Below, one piece after another: positions 40,893-50,076 of a DNA stretch of 64,000 bases. The notes below the pieces were generated by a model that was not told the origin of the DNA, ran no database searches, and was given only the letters and a program-made list of their open reading frames with translations. The stretch spans positions 64,001 to 128,000 of the forward strand of contig JAOUEV010000003.1 of the NCBI GenBank assembly GCA_029858565.1. Direction: 5' to 3'. Both the position numbers and the translations under genes were made by a program. This DNA comes from Nitrospirota bacterium (GTDB lineage: Bacteria > Nitrospirota > UBA9217). Positions within the stretch are counted from its first letter, which is position 1, and every line of letters begins with the position of its first letter.

Positions 40893-42077
40893 CTATTTAT
40901 ACAACAGATAATGCTTCCGAATCTTCTCGAATTCCCTCGCCTCTTCTTTCCACCATGCCTCCATCTCCTTCACATCCTTCCACGCCTCGATGTCCTTTCG
41001 CAGACGGTCGGTGCCGGCGAGGATGTCAATGGGCATGTTGATCTCTTCATATTCATAGGGCGGCTGTTTCCAGGCGAACTCCCGGGGCCAGGTATTGTGG
41101 ATCGCTTTCAGGATCGCCACGCCGGTCCTGAAAGGCAGGAACTTCTCCCGGTCCGTGATGTGGATCTGGGCTCCGCCGCAGAGCCTGCCGCAGTGCTTCT
41201 GGAACGTGGGCTGGAAATACATGGGGCGGAACACCACGCCAGGCAGCTTGAACTCCTTCAACAGGTTGACGAGGGTCTCGGGATGGATAAAAGGCGCGCC
41301 GAAGATCTCAAAAGGACGCGTTGTGCCGCGGCCTTCGGAAAGGTTCGTGCCTTCGAGCAGGCACATGCCCGGGTACACGATCGCGCTGTCGAGTATCGGA
41401 ATGTTCGGCGACGGCAGGACCCAGGGAAGGATTGTTTCGTCGAACCACATCTTCCTTTTCCATCCCTCCATGGGCACCACCCGATAATGCATGCCGGGAT
41501 AGAAAGCGTCTTCCAGGTAATGGCCGATCTCGGCAATGGTCATTCCATGGCGCACAGTGATGGGACGGAGTCCGACAAAGGAGGCAAAACCGGGCTTCAG
41601 GACCGGTCCCTCGGTAAAGCGACCGGTGATCGGATTCGGCCGGTCAAGGACCACCACGGCTTTGCCCGCCTCGTGGCAGGCCTGCATGCAGAGATCAAGG
41701 GTCCAGATAAAGGTGTAGTACTTGCTGCCGATGTCCTGCATGTCAATGGCCAGGACATCGATATGCTTCAGCATTTCCAATGTCGGCTTCCGCACTTCCC
41801 CGTAAAGGCTGTAGACCGGCAGGCCGGTGGCGGGATCGCGGAAACCCTGCCACTCGACCATGTTGTCCTGGGTCTGGCCAAGGATGCCGTGCTGGGGGCC
41901 GAAGAGCGCTGCAAGCTTGAACTTCTTCGATCTTCTGAAGACGTCAACAGCATGCTCAAGCTTGCTGTTCACGCTCGCAGGATGGGCAACGAGCCCCACA
42001 CGGCTGTTTTTGAGGTCTTTGGGCCAGAGTTTCTCGACAAGGTCGAGTCCGGTAAAGGTTTTCCTAGGTGACGGCAT
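40893..42077 (-). CDS. Exo-beta-N-acetylmuramidase NamZ (DUF1343/YbbC family)
   Basis: LFGPQHG, DMQDIG, LDRPNP, RHGMT, PSPN, SEGRGTTRPFE; start at MPSPRK. Confidence 0.88.
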   Translation of the reverse strand: MPSPRKTFTGLDLVEKLWPKDLKNSRVGLVAHPASVNSKLEHAVDVFRRSKKFKLAALFGPQHGILGQTQDNMVEWQGFRDPATGLPVYSLYGEVRKPTLEMLKHIDVLAIDMQDIGSKYYTFIWTLDLCMQACHEAGKAVVVLDRPNPITGRFTEGPVLKPGFASFVGLRPITVRHGMTIAEIGHYLEDAFYPGMHYRVVPMEGWKRKMWFDETILPWVLPSPNIPILDSAIVYPGMCLLEGTNLSEGRGTTRPFEIFGAPFIHPETLVNLLKEFKLPGVVFRPMYFQPTFQKHCGRLCGGAQIHITDREKFLPFRTGVAILKAIHNTWPREFAWKQPPYEYEEINMPIDILAGTDRLRKDIEAWKDVKEMEAWWKEEAREFEKIRKHYLLYK

Positions 42078-42083
42078 GGACGG

Positions 42084-42179
42084 ATTATAGTTGCTCACTC
42101 CGGGAAGTGCAACAGGAAATTCCGGGAAACCCATTCCGGGAAACCCTGCTTGACAGGCTTTGAACATGGATGATACACT
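42084..42179. promoter_or_regulatory. Divergent promoters with a 14-bp tandem repeat between them
   Basis: Minus strand TTGCAC-17-TATAAT (42112-42084); plus strand TTGACA-18-TACACT (42150-42179); attccgggaaaccc x2 (42119-42146). Confidence 0.65.
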
Positions 42180-42234
42180 GAAGCTGTTTTGATCATCATG
42201 TCGGTGTCGCGAGTTCCTGCCTAAAGGGGATACC

Positions 42235-43011
42235 ATGAAAAAAGCGTTCTTCCTGCTCTTTCTCTGTGGCTTGATCCTTGCCCTGAACAACACTGCCCTT
42301 GCCCTGTATCAATGGGTAGATAAAGAGGGCAATCTCCATATCTCTGATTATCCTCCGGGGGAGAGTAAAGCGGCAGAGGAACAGGCTGCTCCGGAACCGG
42401 AAAAACCGCGAGCTGTTCCGCAACCATCACCAGCTGTGATACCGCCTCCACCATCGCCGGTTAAAGCATCTCCAGCGCCAGCACCCGCTGCACCAGGACC
42501 GACCCAGCAGGCGCCTGAGGCGGTAATTCCCCAGCCCGCATCGGTCCCGACGATCACCATGCAAGCTGCTCCAGTGACGCAGCCTGCGCCGATAGAGACC
42601 CAGCCGCAACCCATGCCTTTCAGCGCGCCACAACCGGGGCAAAACCCTCCGCCAGGGCTGGTAGCTGCTGTAGTCGGCGGTTTTTTAATGGTGATCATGG
42701 TCATCGGTTTAGCGGTATATATCTATTCTTCGCTCTGCCTGTATCTGATCGCCAAGAAGCGGAACCTTGACGAGGCCTGGGCAGCCTGGATCCCGCTCCT
42801 GCAGATGTGGCCTCTCATGAGCGCAGCGGGAAAACCGCTCTGGTGGATCATCCTGTTGTTCATTCCCTTTGTCAACGCCGTTATCGGCATCTATCTCTGG
42901 ATGTGTATTGCCGAGAACCTGGGAAGGAACAAGTGGCTCGGCCTGCTCATGCTGATACCTGTCGTGAACTTTGTGTTCATGGGCGTGTTGGCGTTTTCCA
43001 AGTCGGAGTGA
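42235..43011 (+). CDS. DUF4124-like domain, Pro-rich linker and DUF5684-like membrane domain
   Basis: Signal peptide, LYQWVDKEGNLHISD, P/A-rich linker, AWIP...GKPLWW...IPFVN. Confidence 0.75.
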   Translation: MKKAFFLLFLCGLILALNNTALALYQWVDKEGNLHISDYPPGESKAAEEQAAPEPEKPRAVPQPSPAVIPPPPSPVKASPAPAPAAPGPTQQAPEAVIPQPASVPTITMQAAPVTQPAPIETQPQPMPFSAPQPGQNPPPGLVAAVVGGFLMVIMVIGLAVYIYSSLCLYLIAKKRNLDEAWAAWIPLLQMWPLMSAAGKPLWWIILLFIPFVNAVIGIYLWMCIAENLGRNKWLGLLMLIPVVNFVFMGVLAFSKSE

Positions 43012-43023
43012 TCTTGAGTCGGC

Positions 43024-43136
43024 GGGTGGGTTGGGTAGAACGTCCTTATGTAAAATCCGACGTCGATTTGGCAGAATACTCGTAGTAGCGCAAGGGACCG
43101 AAAATCTCGGGCTTTAATGCGTTACATCCGACTTAC
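43024..43136. repeat. REP-like doublet left of the RM genes
   Basis: gtgggttgggtag...atccgac and ctcgggc...atccgacTTAC; 43085-43111 matches 45312-45338 at 23/27 nt. Confidence 0.55.
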
Positions 43137-43260
43137 CGACTAACTCCAGCGTGCAATTCTAGGATTTTGTAGAGATTTATTCCCCACCTAATAACATTCG
43201 CTGTTTTCTTATAAATCCGTTGACAAGGAATCAATTCCGTGTGAAATTAGCTAGCAAACT

Positions 43261-44190
43261 ATGACTAAATCAATACATCGTAAGAAACACAGCATAACAA
43301 AGGCGAATGTAGTAAGAGAAACAGCTCGCCAGTATTTGCCTCCAATCAAGTTGGTGGACTCTGTGATTTTTCAGGGCGACGCGCAGCACATTTTAGCTCG
43401 TTTACCGAAAGAATCTGTTCAATGCGTTGTAACATCTCCTCCCTATTGGGGACTTAGGGACTATAACATCGACGGTCAAATTGGGCTTGAAGAGACCCTT
43501 CCGCAGTTCATTAATAGGCTTGTGACGATATTCCGGGAAATCCATCGTGTTCTTAAACCTTCAGGTACTGTATGGCTTAATATCGGAGACGGATATACGA
43601 GTGGCAATCGAGGTTGGCGTGCTCCCGATAAGAAGAATCCAGCGCGGGCTATGTCTGTGAGGCCAAATACCCCCGAAGGCCTGAAGCCGAAAGATCTTAT
43701 AGGAGTTCCTTGGAGATTAGCTCTTGCTTTGCAACAGGATGGCTGGTTTTTGCGTAGCGACATCGTCTGGAATAAGCCAAATGCCATGCCCGAGAGCGTC
43801 AAGGATCGTCCAACGCGCGCGCATGAGTATATCTTCATGTTTTCAAAGAATGAGAAGTACTACTACGATTATGAAGCTATAAAGGAGCCACGTGACGACG
43901 GAAAGGGGCAGCGGAACAAGCGAAGTGTATGGGACATCAATACGGAACCGTTCAAAGAAGCTCATTTCGCAACCTTCCCTTCTAAATTGATTGAGCCTTG
44001 TATTAGCGCTGGAAGTCGAGCTGGCGATTTTGTGCTTGATCCCTTCTTTGGCTCGGGCACAGTCGGTGTCGTCTGCAATCGGCTCGGTCGGAAGTATATA
44101 GGCATTGAATTGCATCCGGCGTACATTGCTCTCGCAGAAAAAAGGATGGCATCGAATAATGGGACGAATGGTGACAATAAGTCTAAGTAA
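43261..44190 (+). CDS. DNA N4-cytosine methyltransferase, beta class (M.XcyI/M.Cfr9I-like)
   Basis: TSPPY precedes HFATFP and DPFFGSGT. Confidence 0.9.
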   Translation: MTKSIHRKKHSITKANVVRETARQYLPPIKLVDSVIFQGDAQHILARLPKESVQCVVTSPPYWGLRDYNIDGQIGLEETLPQFINRLVTIFREIHRVLKPSGTVWLNIGDGYTSGNRGWRAPDKKNPARAMSVRPNTPEGLKPKDLIGVPWRLALALQQDGWFLRSDIVWNKPNAMPESVKDRPTRAHEYIFMFSKNEKYYYDYEAIKEPRDDGKGQRNKRSVWDINTEPFKEAHFATFPSKLIEPCISAGSRAGDFVLDPFFGSGTVGVVCNRLGRKYIGIELHPAYIALAEKRMASNNGTNGDNKSK

Positions 44191-45169
44191 TCCGGACCTA
44201 CAGGTTGATTTTGCTGCAGCATTAGTGCAACTGCGAGATACGTATCTTCAAGAGGCACTCTTTACTACAGTGAAGAAGATAACGTTGCGATTAGTAGACA
44301 GGGATCTGGCGGAATTCGCGACAGATTCTGATTTGGCACTACTTGCCTCGAAAGGACTTCGCGGGGAAATCATCTTTGCAACTCCTACGATTCTGCGCGC
44401 CAACCCGTATTTGCTGGGTTACTATCGGTTGCTCCTGGGCTACAGTCAAAAACAGTTCTATACGGCTAGTACAGGGTGTGGCAAATTTAAAGCAATGGAG
44501 GCGGACGGTCAGTTGTCATCGACTTGTGAAACTTCGCTTAAAGACTTGTGTAATGGGCTAAACAAGGCCTCATCCTACCTATTGAATTCGATGCTCGCTA
44601 CTTCTCTAACGAGATCATTTCTAGATGATCTGACTCTCCTGACGCTCGGGCCTCAATTAAGAGGTGGGACAAACGTAAAGATTGGCGCACGTGGTATTGT
44701 GCTCGTATTTGATGCGATAAAGGCTATTGTTGAGGATAATGTCACTCGAACTTCCACAAGAGTCATTGAGATAGTTAATGCAGCCTCTCGGAAAGTATTG
44801 ATTGAGTTTGCATCGGACCCAGATATTGTCATTCGGGAACAGCTCTGCTCTCGCAAAGAGGATTACAGAAATATCATCGCTATTGAGATAAAAGGCGGAA
44901 CGGATTTTTCTAACATACATAACAGAATTGGTGAAGCTGAAAAAAGCCACCAAAAAGCGAAGGCACAAGGTTTTGCCGAATGCTGGACGGTTGTAAATGT
45001 CGATCGGATTGATATTCCTACTGCGATGCGAGAATCACCCTCTACTAACAGGTTCTATCGTCTGTCTCAAATAGTTAGTGGGGAAGGTGCTGAGTACAGT
45101 GATTTCGAAGGTCGAATACGATCACTAACAGGAGTGCCAAGCAAGTCGAAAAAACGAAAGAAGAAGTAA
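44168..45169 (+). CDS. Type II restriction endonuclease, XcyI-like (CCCGGG inferred)
   Basis: PDLQVDF, LLGYYRLLLG, DPDI...IEIKGG..SNIHNRIGEAEKSHQKA; overlaps the MTase. Confidence 0.78.
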   Translation: MVTISLSNPDLQVDFAAALVQLRDTYLQEALFTTVKKITLRLVDRDLAEFATDSDLALLASKGLRGEIIFATPTILRANPYLLGYYRLLLGYSQKQFYTASTGCGKFKAMEADGQLSSTCETSLKDLCNGLNKASSYLLNSMLATSLTRSFLDDLTLLTLGPQLRGGTNVKIGARGIVLVFDAIKAIVEDNVTRTSTRVIEIVNAASRKVLIEFASDPDIVIREQLCSRKEDYRNIIAIEIKGGTDFSNIHNRIGEAEKSHQKAKAQGFAECWTVVNVDRIDIPTAMRESPSTNRFYRLSQIVSGEGAEYSDFEGRIRSLTGVPSKSKKRKKK

Positions 45170-45216
45170 TGCAATTGTTCCAATCAGTGTGCTCCTACCC
45201 CCGGTTTGGTCAACTC

Positions 45217-45438
45217 GTAGGTTGGGTCGAACGGTTCATATGGAGCCCAACGAATCATGATTGAGAGATGTTGGGCAAGATGAATCCTTTTACCAAACCT
45301 ACCAACTCAGGGTATCGCAAGAGACCGAAGATGTCGGGTCTCGTTGCGCTCTACCCTACCTACGAATCCTGCTCATCAGAACCACCCCACCTAACCTCCC
45401 CTTATTACCAAAAGTAGGCGCCTCTAGGGGGAGGGAGG
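45217..45438. repeat. Cluster of GTAG-REP-like palindromes plus a CCCC/GGGG hairpin
   Basis: GTAGgttgggt...cccaac / gttggg...aacCTAC (45217-45302); 45331-45363 ending CTAC; cccacctaacctcccc...gggggagggagg (about 45384-45438). Confidence 0.6.
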
Positions 45439-45452
45439 CATCTGCCCCTACC

Positions 45453-45481
45453 TTGACACCTGCCCGCCGCTCTCCTACAAT
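45453..45481 (+). promoter_or_regulatory. Sigma70 promoter of the Lon-like gene
   Basis: TTGACA-17-TACAAT. Confidence 0.7.
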
Positions 45482-45514
45482 TGAACCAGAGATACCCGTC
45501 ACGTGGAGGATTCC

Positions 45515-47992
45515 GTGAACATCAAGGATTTCGAGGTCGCACTTGCTGATCTTCGCCGCACTGCCGATCCCGCGGAGTTTCCCTTTGCTACGACCGCGGA
45601 ACTGTCCACACGCGAGGATGTGATCGGCCAGCAGCGCGCGGTGAGCTCTTTGGAGTTCGGCCTGGGGATCAAGAACCACGGCTACAATATCTACGTGTCC
45701 GGCGTGCCGGGTACGGGCAGGAACAGCATTGTCCGGTCCATTGTAAAGCGGATCTCCCTGGGACGGCCGGTGCCCGAGGACTGGTGCTTCATAAACAACT
45801 TCAAGGACGCAGACCGGCCCCACTCGATCAAGCTCGCGCCGGGCAGGGGGCGGGAGTTCCAGCATGACATGGAAAAGTTCATAGAGCTCATGCTGGCCGA
45901 GATCCCCAAGGTATTCGAATCCAAGGAGTATGAAGAGCAGAAGACCGGGGTCCAGGAACAGCTTGAGCACGCCAAGGAGGTCCTGTTCGAGGACACAGCG
46001 CACCGGGCGCAGGACCTGTCCTTCCAGCTTACGGTGACGCGGACCGGGATCGTGAAGGTCCCGCTGTTCAAAGGCAAGACCTTGCAACCCGAGGACGCGG
46101 AAAAGTTCACGCCCGAGCAGCGGCTCGAGATCGAGGACCGCGAAAAGAAGGTCGATGCCGAGATCCGCGATTTCCTGTCCAAGGCGCGCCTGCTCGACAA
46201 GGAGGCGCAGGAGAAGATCCGCGAGCTGAACCGCAAGATCGCCCACTTTGCCATGGGTCACCAGCTGGATGACCTGAAGGTGAAATATCGGGATAATCCG
46301 CGCATACCCGACTATCTGAGCGAGGTGGAGGAGGACATTCTCGGGAATCTGAAGGAGTTCCTTGGCCAGACGCCGGAACTGCCGTTCCATATCGAGGGAA
46401 TGGACCGCCAGGCCCTGCTGGAACGCTACCGGGTAAACGTGCTCGTTGATAATTCCAGGACCAGGGGCGGGCCGGTCGTGGAAGAAGCGAACCCGACCTA
46501 CAATAACCTCGTCGGCAGGATCGAACGGAAAGCGCGGTTCGGCGCGCTGTTCACGAACTTCACCATGATCAAGTCGGGCTCCGTGCTCCAGGCGAACGGC
46601 GGATATCTGATCATGAACGCGCTGGACGTGCTGCGGAACCCCTTTTCCTGGGACGCGCTCAAAAGGATCATCAAGAAGAGCGAAGTGAAGATCGAGGATA
46701 TCGCCGAGCTCTACGGCGTTTCCACGGCCGGGATCAAACCCGAACCGATCCCGGTTTCGGTCAAGGTCATCATGCTCGGCAGTCCCTGGCTGTACTACCT
46801 GCTGTACTCCTATGATGAGGACTTCCGGAGCATCTTCAAGGTCCGGTCGGATTTTGACACACAGGTAAATGATTCGGCCGATGAAAAGCAGCGGTACGCG
46901 AATTTCATAGGAAACATGGCGGCGGAGGAGAAACTGCTGGCATTCACCCGCGAGGCGGTCGCGGGGATCGTGGACCACGCGGCCCGGCTTGCGGAGAAGA
47001 AGGGTAAGCTTTCCCTGCGCTTCAGCGATATTTCCGATATTGTGCGTGAGGCATCGTACTGGGCAGGAGAGGGCGGAGCAGCGGTTGTCGGAGCGGATCA
47101 TGTGGACAAGGCGCTTGATGCCAGGATCTACCGGGGAAATCTTCTTGAAGAACGCATCCAGGAACTCCTGACCGACGGGACCATCCTGGTGGATGTGAGC
47201 GGCGCGGTAGCCGGCCAGGTGAACGGCCTGTCGGTCTACGACCTTGGGGACTTTTCCTTTGGCAAGCCGTCGCGGATAACCTGCAGTGTTCATCTGGGGA
47301 AGGCCGGCGTGGTGGACATCGAGCGGGAGGCCAAGCTCTCCGGCCGGATCTACAACAAGGGCGTGCTGATCCTGTCAGGCTATCTTGGCGGAACCTATGC
47401 ACGGGACAGGCAGCTTTCCCTTTCCGCGAGCATTGCCTTTGAACAAAGCTACGGAGATATTGAAGGCGACAGCGCCTCGATCGCCGAGCTGGTCGCGCTT
47501 CTGTCGGCGGTCACCGGCGTCCCGGCGCGGCAAGACTTCGCGATCACGGGATCGATCAACCAAAAGGGAGAGGTCCAGCCCATCGGCGGAGTGAACGAGA
47601 AGATAGAAGGATTCTTCGCAGTATGCAAGGCACGGGGGCTTACCGGCGACCAGGGCGTGGTGATCCCCCGGAAGAATGTCATGCACCTCATGCTGAAAAA
47701 AGAGGTCGTCCAAGCGGTCAAAGAAGGGAAGTTCCGTATCTACGCGGTCTCGACCGCGGATGAGGCGCTCTTCCTCATGACCGGAGTCGTTGCTGGAGAG
47801 CGGAAGACCGACGGGACCTGGCCTGAGGGGACGTTGAATTATCTTGTGGACAAGCGGCTGAAGGAAATAGCGAAGAAGCTTAAGGCCGATGAAAAGGCCG
47901 AGGCCAAGGATAAGGAAAAGGAAAAAGAAAAGAAGGAAGAGAACAACGAGACACCGCCGCCCAAGCCGACCGTGCCGGGTGGACCGGGATAA
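45515..47992 (+). CDS. Lon-like ATP-dependent protease (LonC/YcbZ-like)
   Basis: IGQQRA, GVPGTGR, ANGGYL, EGDSAS catalytic Ser, PIGGVNEK; GTG start after GGAGG. Confidence 0.88.
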   Translation: MNIKDFEVALADLRRTADPAEFPFATTAELSTREDVIGQQRAVSSLEFGLGIKNHGYNIYVSGVPGTGRNSIVRSIVKRISLGRPVPEDWCFINNFKDADRPHSIKLAPGRGREFQHDMEKFIELMLAEIPKVFESKEYEEQKTGVQEQLEHAKEVLFEDTAHRAQDLSFQLTVTRTGIVKVPLFKGKTLQPEDAEKFTPEQRLEIEDREKKVDAEIRDFLSKARLLDKEAQEKIRELNRKIAHFAMGHQLDDLKVKYRDNPRIPDYLSEVEEDILGNLKEFLGQTPELPFHIEGMDRQALLERYRVNVLVDNSRTRGGPVVEEANPTYNNLVGRIERKARFGALFTNFTMIKSGSVLQANGGYLIMNALDVLRNPFSWDALKRIIKKSEVKIEDIAELYGVSTAGIKPEPIPVSVKVIMLGSPWLYYLLYSYDEDFRSIFKVRSDFDTQVNDSADEKQRYANFIGNMAAEEKLLAFTREAVAGIVDHAARLAEKKGKLSLRFSDISDIVREASYWAGEGGAAVVGADHVDKALDARIYRGNLLEERIQELLTDGTILVDVSGAVAGQVNGLSVYDLGDFSFGKPSRITCSVHLGKAGVVDIEREAKLSGRIYNKGVLILSGYLGGTYARDRQLSLSASIAFEQSYGDIEGDSASIAELVALLSAVTGVPARQDFAITGSINQKGEVQPIGGVNEKIEGFFAVCKARGLTGDQGVVIPRKNVMHLMLKKEVVQAVKEGKFRIYAVSTADEALFLMTGVVAGERKTDGTWPEGTLNYLVDKRLKEIAKKLKADEKAEAKDKEKEKEKKEENNETPPPKPTVPGGPG

Positions 47993-48027
47993 AGAATCCT
48001 TGAAACTACAAAGGCGAGGCCCTGTTT

Positions 48028-48214
48028 TCGCGCAGAGACGCGGAGACGCAGAGAAAAGCAGATCAGGAACCTTTAATTCAGCCACGGAAGACGCGGAAGA
48101 AGCAAAGCATTTCCTCCGTTGGTTTTAAAGCCGAGATTAAGGCTTTTGATTTTTCCGCCTCTTCCGTGGCCATTTTTCTTTTGCCGTTCCCTGCGCCTCT
48201 GCGTCTCCGCGCGA
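48028..48214. repeat. Nested 9-nt-period inverted-repeat element
   Basis: Outer arms 48028-48053 / 48191-48214; inner arms gccacggaagacgcggaagaa 48081-48101 / ttttccgcctcttccgtggc 48151-48170. Confidence 0.8.
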
Positions 48215-48314
48215 GAATGGTTTTGTTTCGATGTTTCTCCAGGATCTATGCCCCTATAACCGGCCTTCCATGGTATAATGCTTCCGCTGTTGGTCATGGG
48301 GACAGCAACACTTC

Positions 48315-49373
48315 ATGTACGAATCCATCATTTCCTCGTTCCAGATACCCGGCAGGCTCCTTTCCGCGGAGCGCTTTGGTGCCGGTCTGATCAACGACAC
48401 CATCCTCTGCGAGTACTCAGCCGATGGCGAGGTGCGCAAGTATATTCTCCAGCGCATCAATGGACAGGTATTTCTCCATCCCGGGCAGGTGATGCAGAAC
48501 GTTGAGCTCGTGACCGGACATATCCAGGACCGGATGCGGCAGGAGGGGATCGCTGATCCCGAGAGCCTGACGCCGGCCCTGATCTGGACCCGCTCAGGAG
48601 GATCCTGTCATGTGGACCAGGGCGGCGGTCACTGGCGCATGTTCCACTTCATCGAGAGCGGAGAGGTATTCGACCGCGTCAGGGACGGGAACCACGCGTA
48701 CGAGGTCGGAAGGGCGCTCGGACGGTTCCAGGCGCTCGTTGCCGATCTTTCTCCTGAAAAGCTTCACGATACACTTCCGGGTTTTCACGAAACACCCCGT
48801 TATCTCGCGGAGCTTGACCGGGCCGTGAAGACCCATGGAGAACATGCGTCCGCAGTCGGTCCGGAGCTTGCTTTTGTTGCGGTCAGGAGGTCGCTTGCGG
48901 ACAGCCTTCTTGATCCGCTTCGCTCGGCCGCGATCCCGCTCCGGGTCGTGCATAATGATCCCAAGGTGAACAACATCCTGATCAGCAAGGTCACGGGCAA
49001 GGCGCTCTGCATGGTGGACCTGGACACGGTGAAGCCGGGTATCGTGCATTTCGACTTCGGCGACTGCGTCCGCTCGGCAGCGAATCCGGCGGGAGAGGAT
49101 GCGGAAGACCTGAACAGCGTGGCTTTTGAGACGGGCTGGTACGAAGCCCTGACCCGGGGATACCTTGAAGAAGCAAAGTTCCTGACCACGGCCGAGATCG
49201 AACTCCTCCCCCTGTCCGTGCGTGTCATAACCTTTGAGCTTGGCATCAGGTTCCTTTGCGATCATGTTCAGGGAGACACCTATTTCAGGACACGCTATCC
49301 CGGGCACAATCTGCACAGGGCGCGGGTGCAGTTCCGGTTGCTGGAGAAGATGGAAGAGGCGTTGAATAAATAA
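48315..49373 (+). CDS. APH-family phosphotransferase (N-acetylhexosamine 1-kinase-like)
   Basis: GLINDT, LQRIN, HNDPKVNN, VDLDTVKPG, FDFGDCVR. Confidence 0.85.
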   Translation: MYESIISSFQIPGRLLSAERFGAGLINDTILCEYSADGEVRKYILQRINGQVFLHPGQVMQNVELVTGHIQDRMRQEGIADPESLTPALIWTRSGGSCHVDQGGGHWRMFHFIESGEVFDRVRDGNHAYEVGRALGRFQALVADLSPEKLHDTLPGFHETPRYLAELDRAVKTHGEHASAVGPELAFVAVRRSLADSLLDPLRSAAIPLRVVHNDPKVNNILISKVTGKALCMVDLDTVKPGIVHFDFGDCVRSAANPAGEDAEDLNSVAFETGWYEALTRGYLEEAKFLTTAEIELLPLSVRVITFELGIRFLCDHVQGDTYFRTRYPGHNLHRARVQFRLLEKMEEALNK

Positions 49374-49388
49374 GTATCAAGACCTGTT

Positions 49389-49482
49389 TCGCGCAGGGAC
49401 GCAGAGCTCGCAGGGAAGACAAGTATCAAAGAACATGACCACGTCTTTGAGGTTTTCCCAGCGTCTCAGCGCCTCTGCGCGA
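49389..49482. repeat. 9-nt-period inverted-repeat element
   Basis: tcgcgcagggacgcagagctcgcaggg ... cccagcgtctcagcgcctctgcgcga. Confidence 0.75.
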
Positions 49483-49531
49483 GGACGGTTTTGGTGTGTC
49501 AGCCTTGTCTCATAATAAAGGAGCAGCCATC

Positions 49532-49906
49532 ATGCCGACCAAGATCGTGATCACCGTGAACCGCGTAAAGCTCGACGGGGAACTGTACGATACCCCCTGC
49601 GCTCAGGCGATCGCTAAACTGCTGCCGCTGTCCGAGCGGCCGTCCGAGTGGGGCGATGAGTTCTACTTCGAGATCCCGGTCACCTGCGCGTCAGATCCCA
49701 CTGCGACCACGAAAGTGCGGGTAGGGGACATCGGGTACTGGCCCCAGGGAAAAGCTCTTGCCATCTTCTTCGGCCGTACGCCCATGAGCACCGGGCCGGA
49801 ACCGGTGCCTGCGGGACCGGTGAATTCCGTTGGGAGGATCATCGGAGACGCAGCGGTTTTGCAAAAGGAAAAGGGAACACGGAAGATCAGGATCGAGAAG
49901 GCGTGA
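49532..49906 (+). CDS. Cyclophilin-like fold protein
   Basis: WGDEFYF, GDIGYWP, LAIFFG.TP; AGGAG RBS. Confidence 0.85.
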   Translation: MPTKIVITVNRVKLDGELYDTPCAQAIAKLLPLSERPSEWGDEFYFEIPVTCASDPTATTKVRVGDIGYWPQGKALAIFFGRTPMSTGPEPVPAGPVNSVGRIIGDAAVLQKEKGTRKIRIEKA

Positions 49907-49930
49907 TGAGCGGATCAAGAACCTTTTTCT

Positions 49931-50062
49931 GCCACGGAAAATGCGGAAGAAGCAGGGCGATTGCTCCAGGGTTTAAAACCCAAGGGTAACGTCTTTGAAT
50001 TTTCCGCTTTTTCCGTGGCTATCGTTTTTGCCGTCCTCCGCGCCTCTGCGTCTCCGCGCGAG
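49931..50062. repeat. Diverged copy of the 48081-48216 composite repeat
   Basis: gccacggaaaatgcggaagaagc...ttttccgctttttccgtggc...cgcctctgcgtctccgcgcgaga. Confidence 0.75.
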
Positions 50063-50076
50063 ATAAGGATTTTGAT

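Noticed and set aside
40585-41041. Small ORFs 40585-40809 and 40844-41041
   Set aside because: Derived from repeat arms or overlap namZ; no RBS or motifs.
45356-47293. 645-aa minus-strand ORF
   Set aside because: Shadow of the Lon-like protease.
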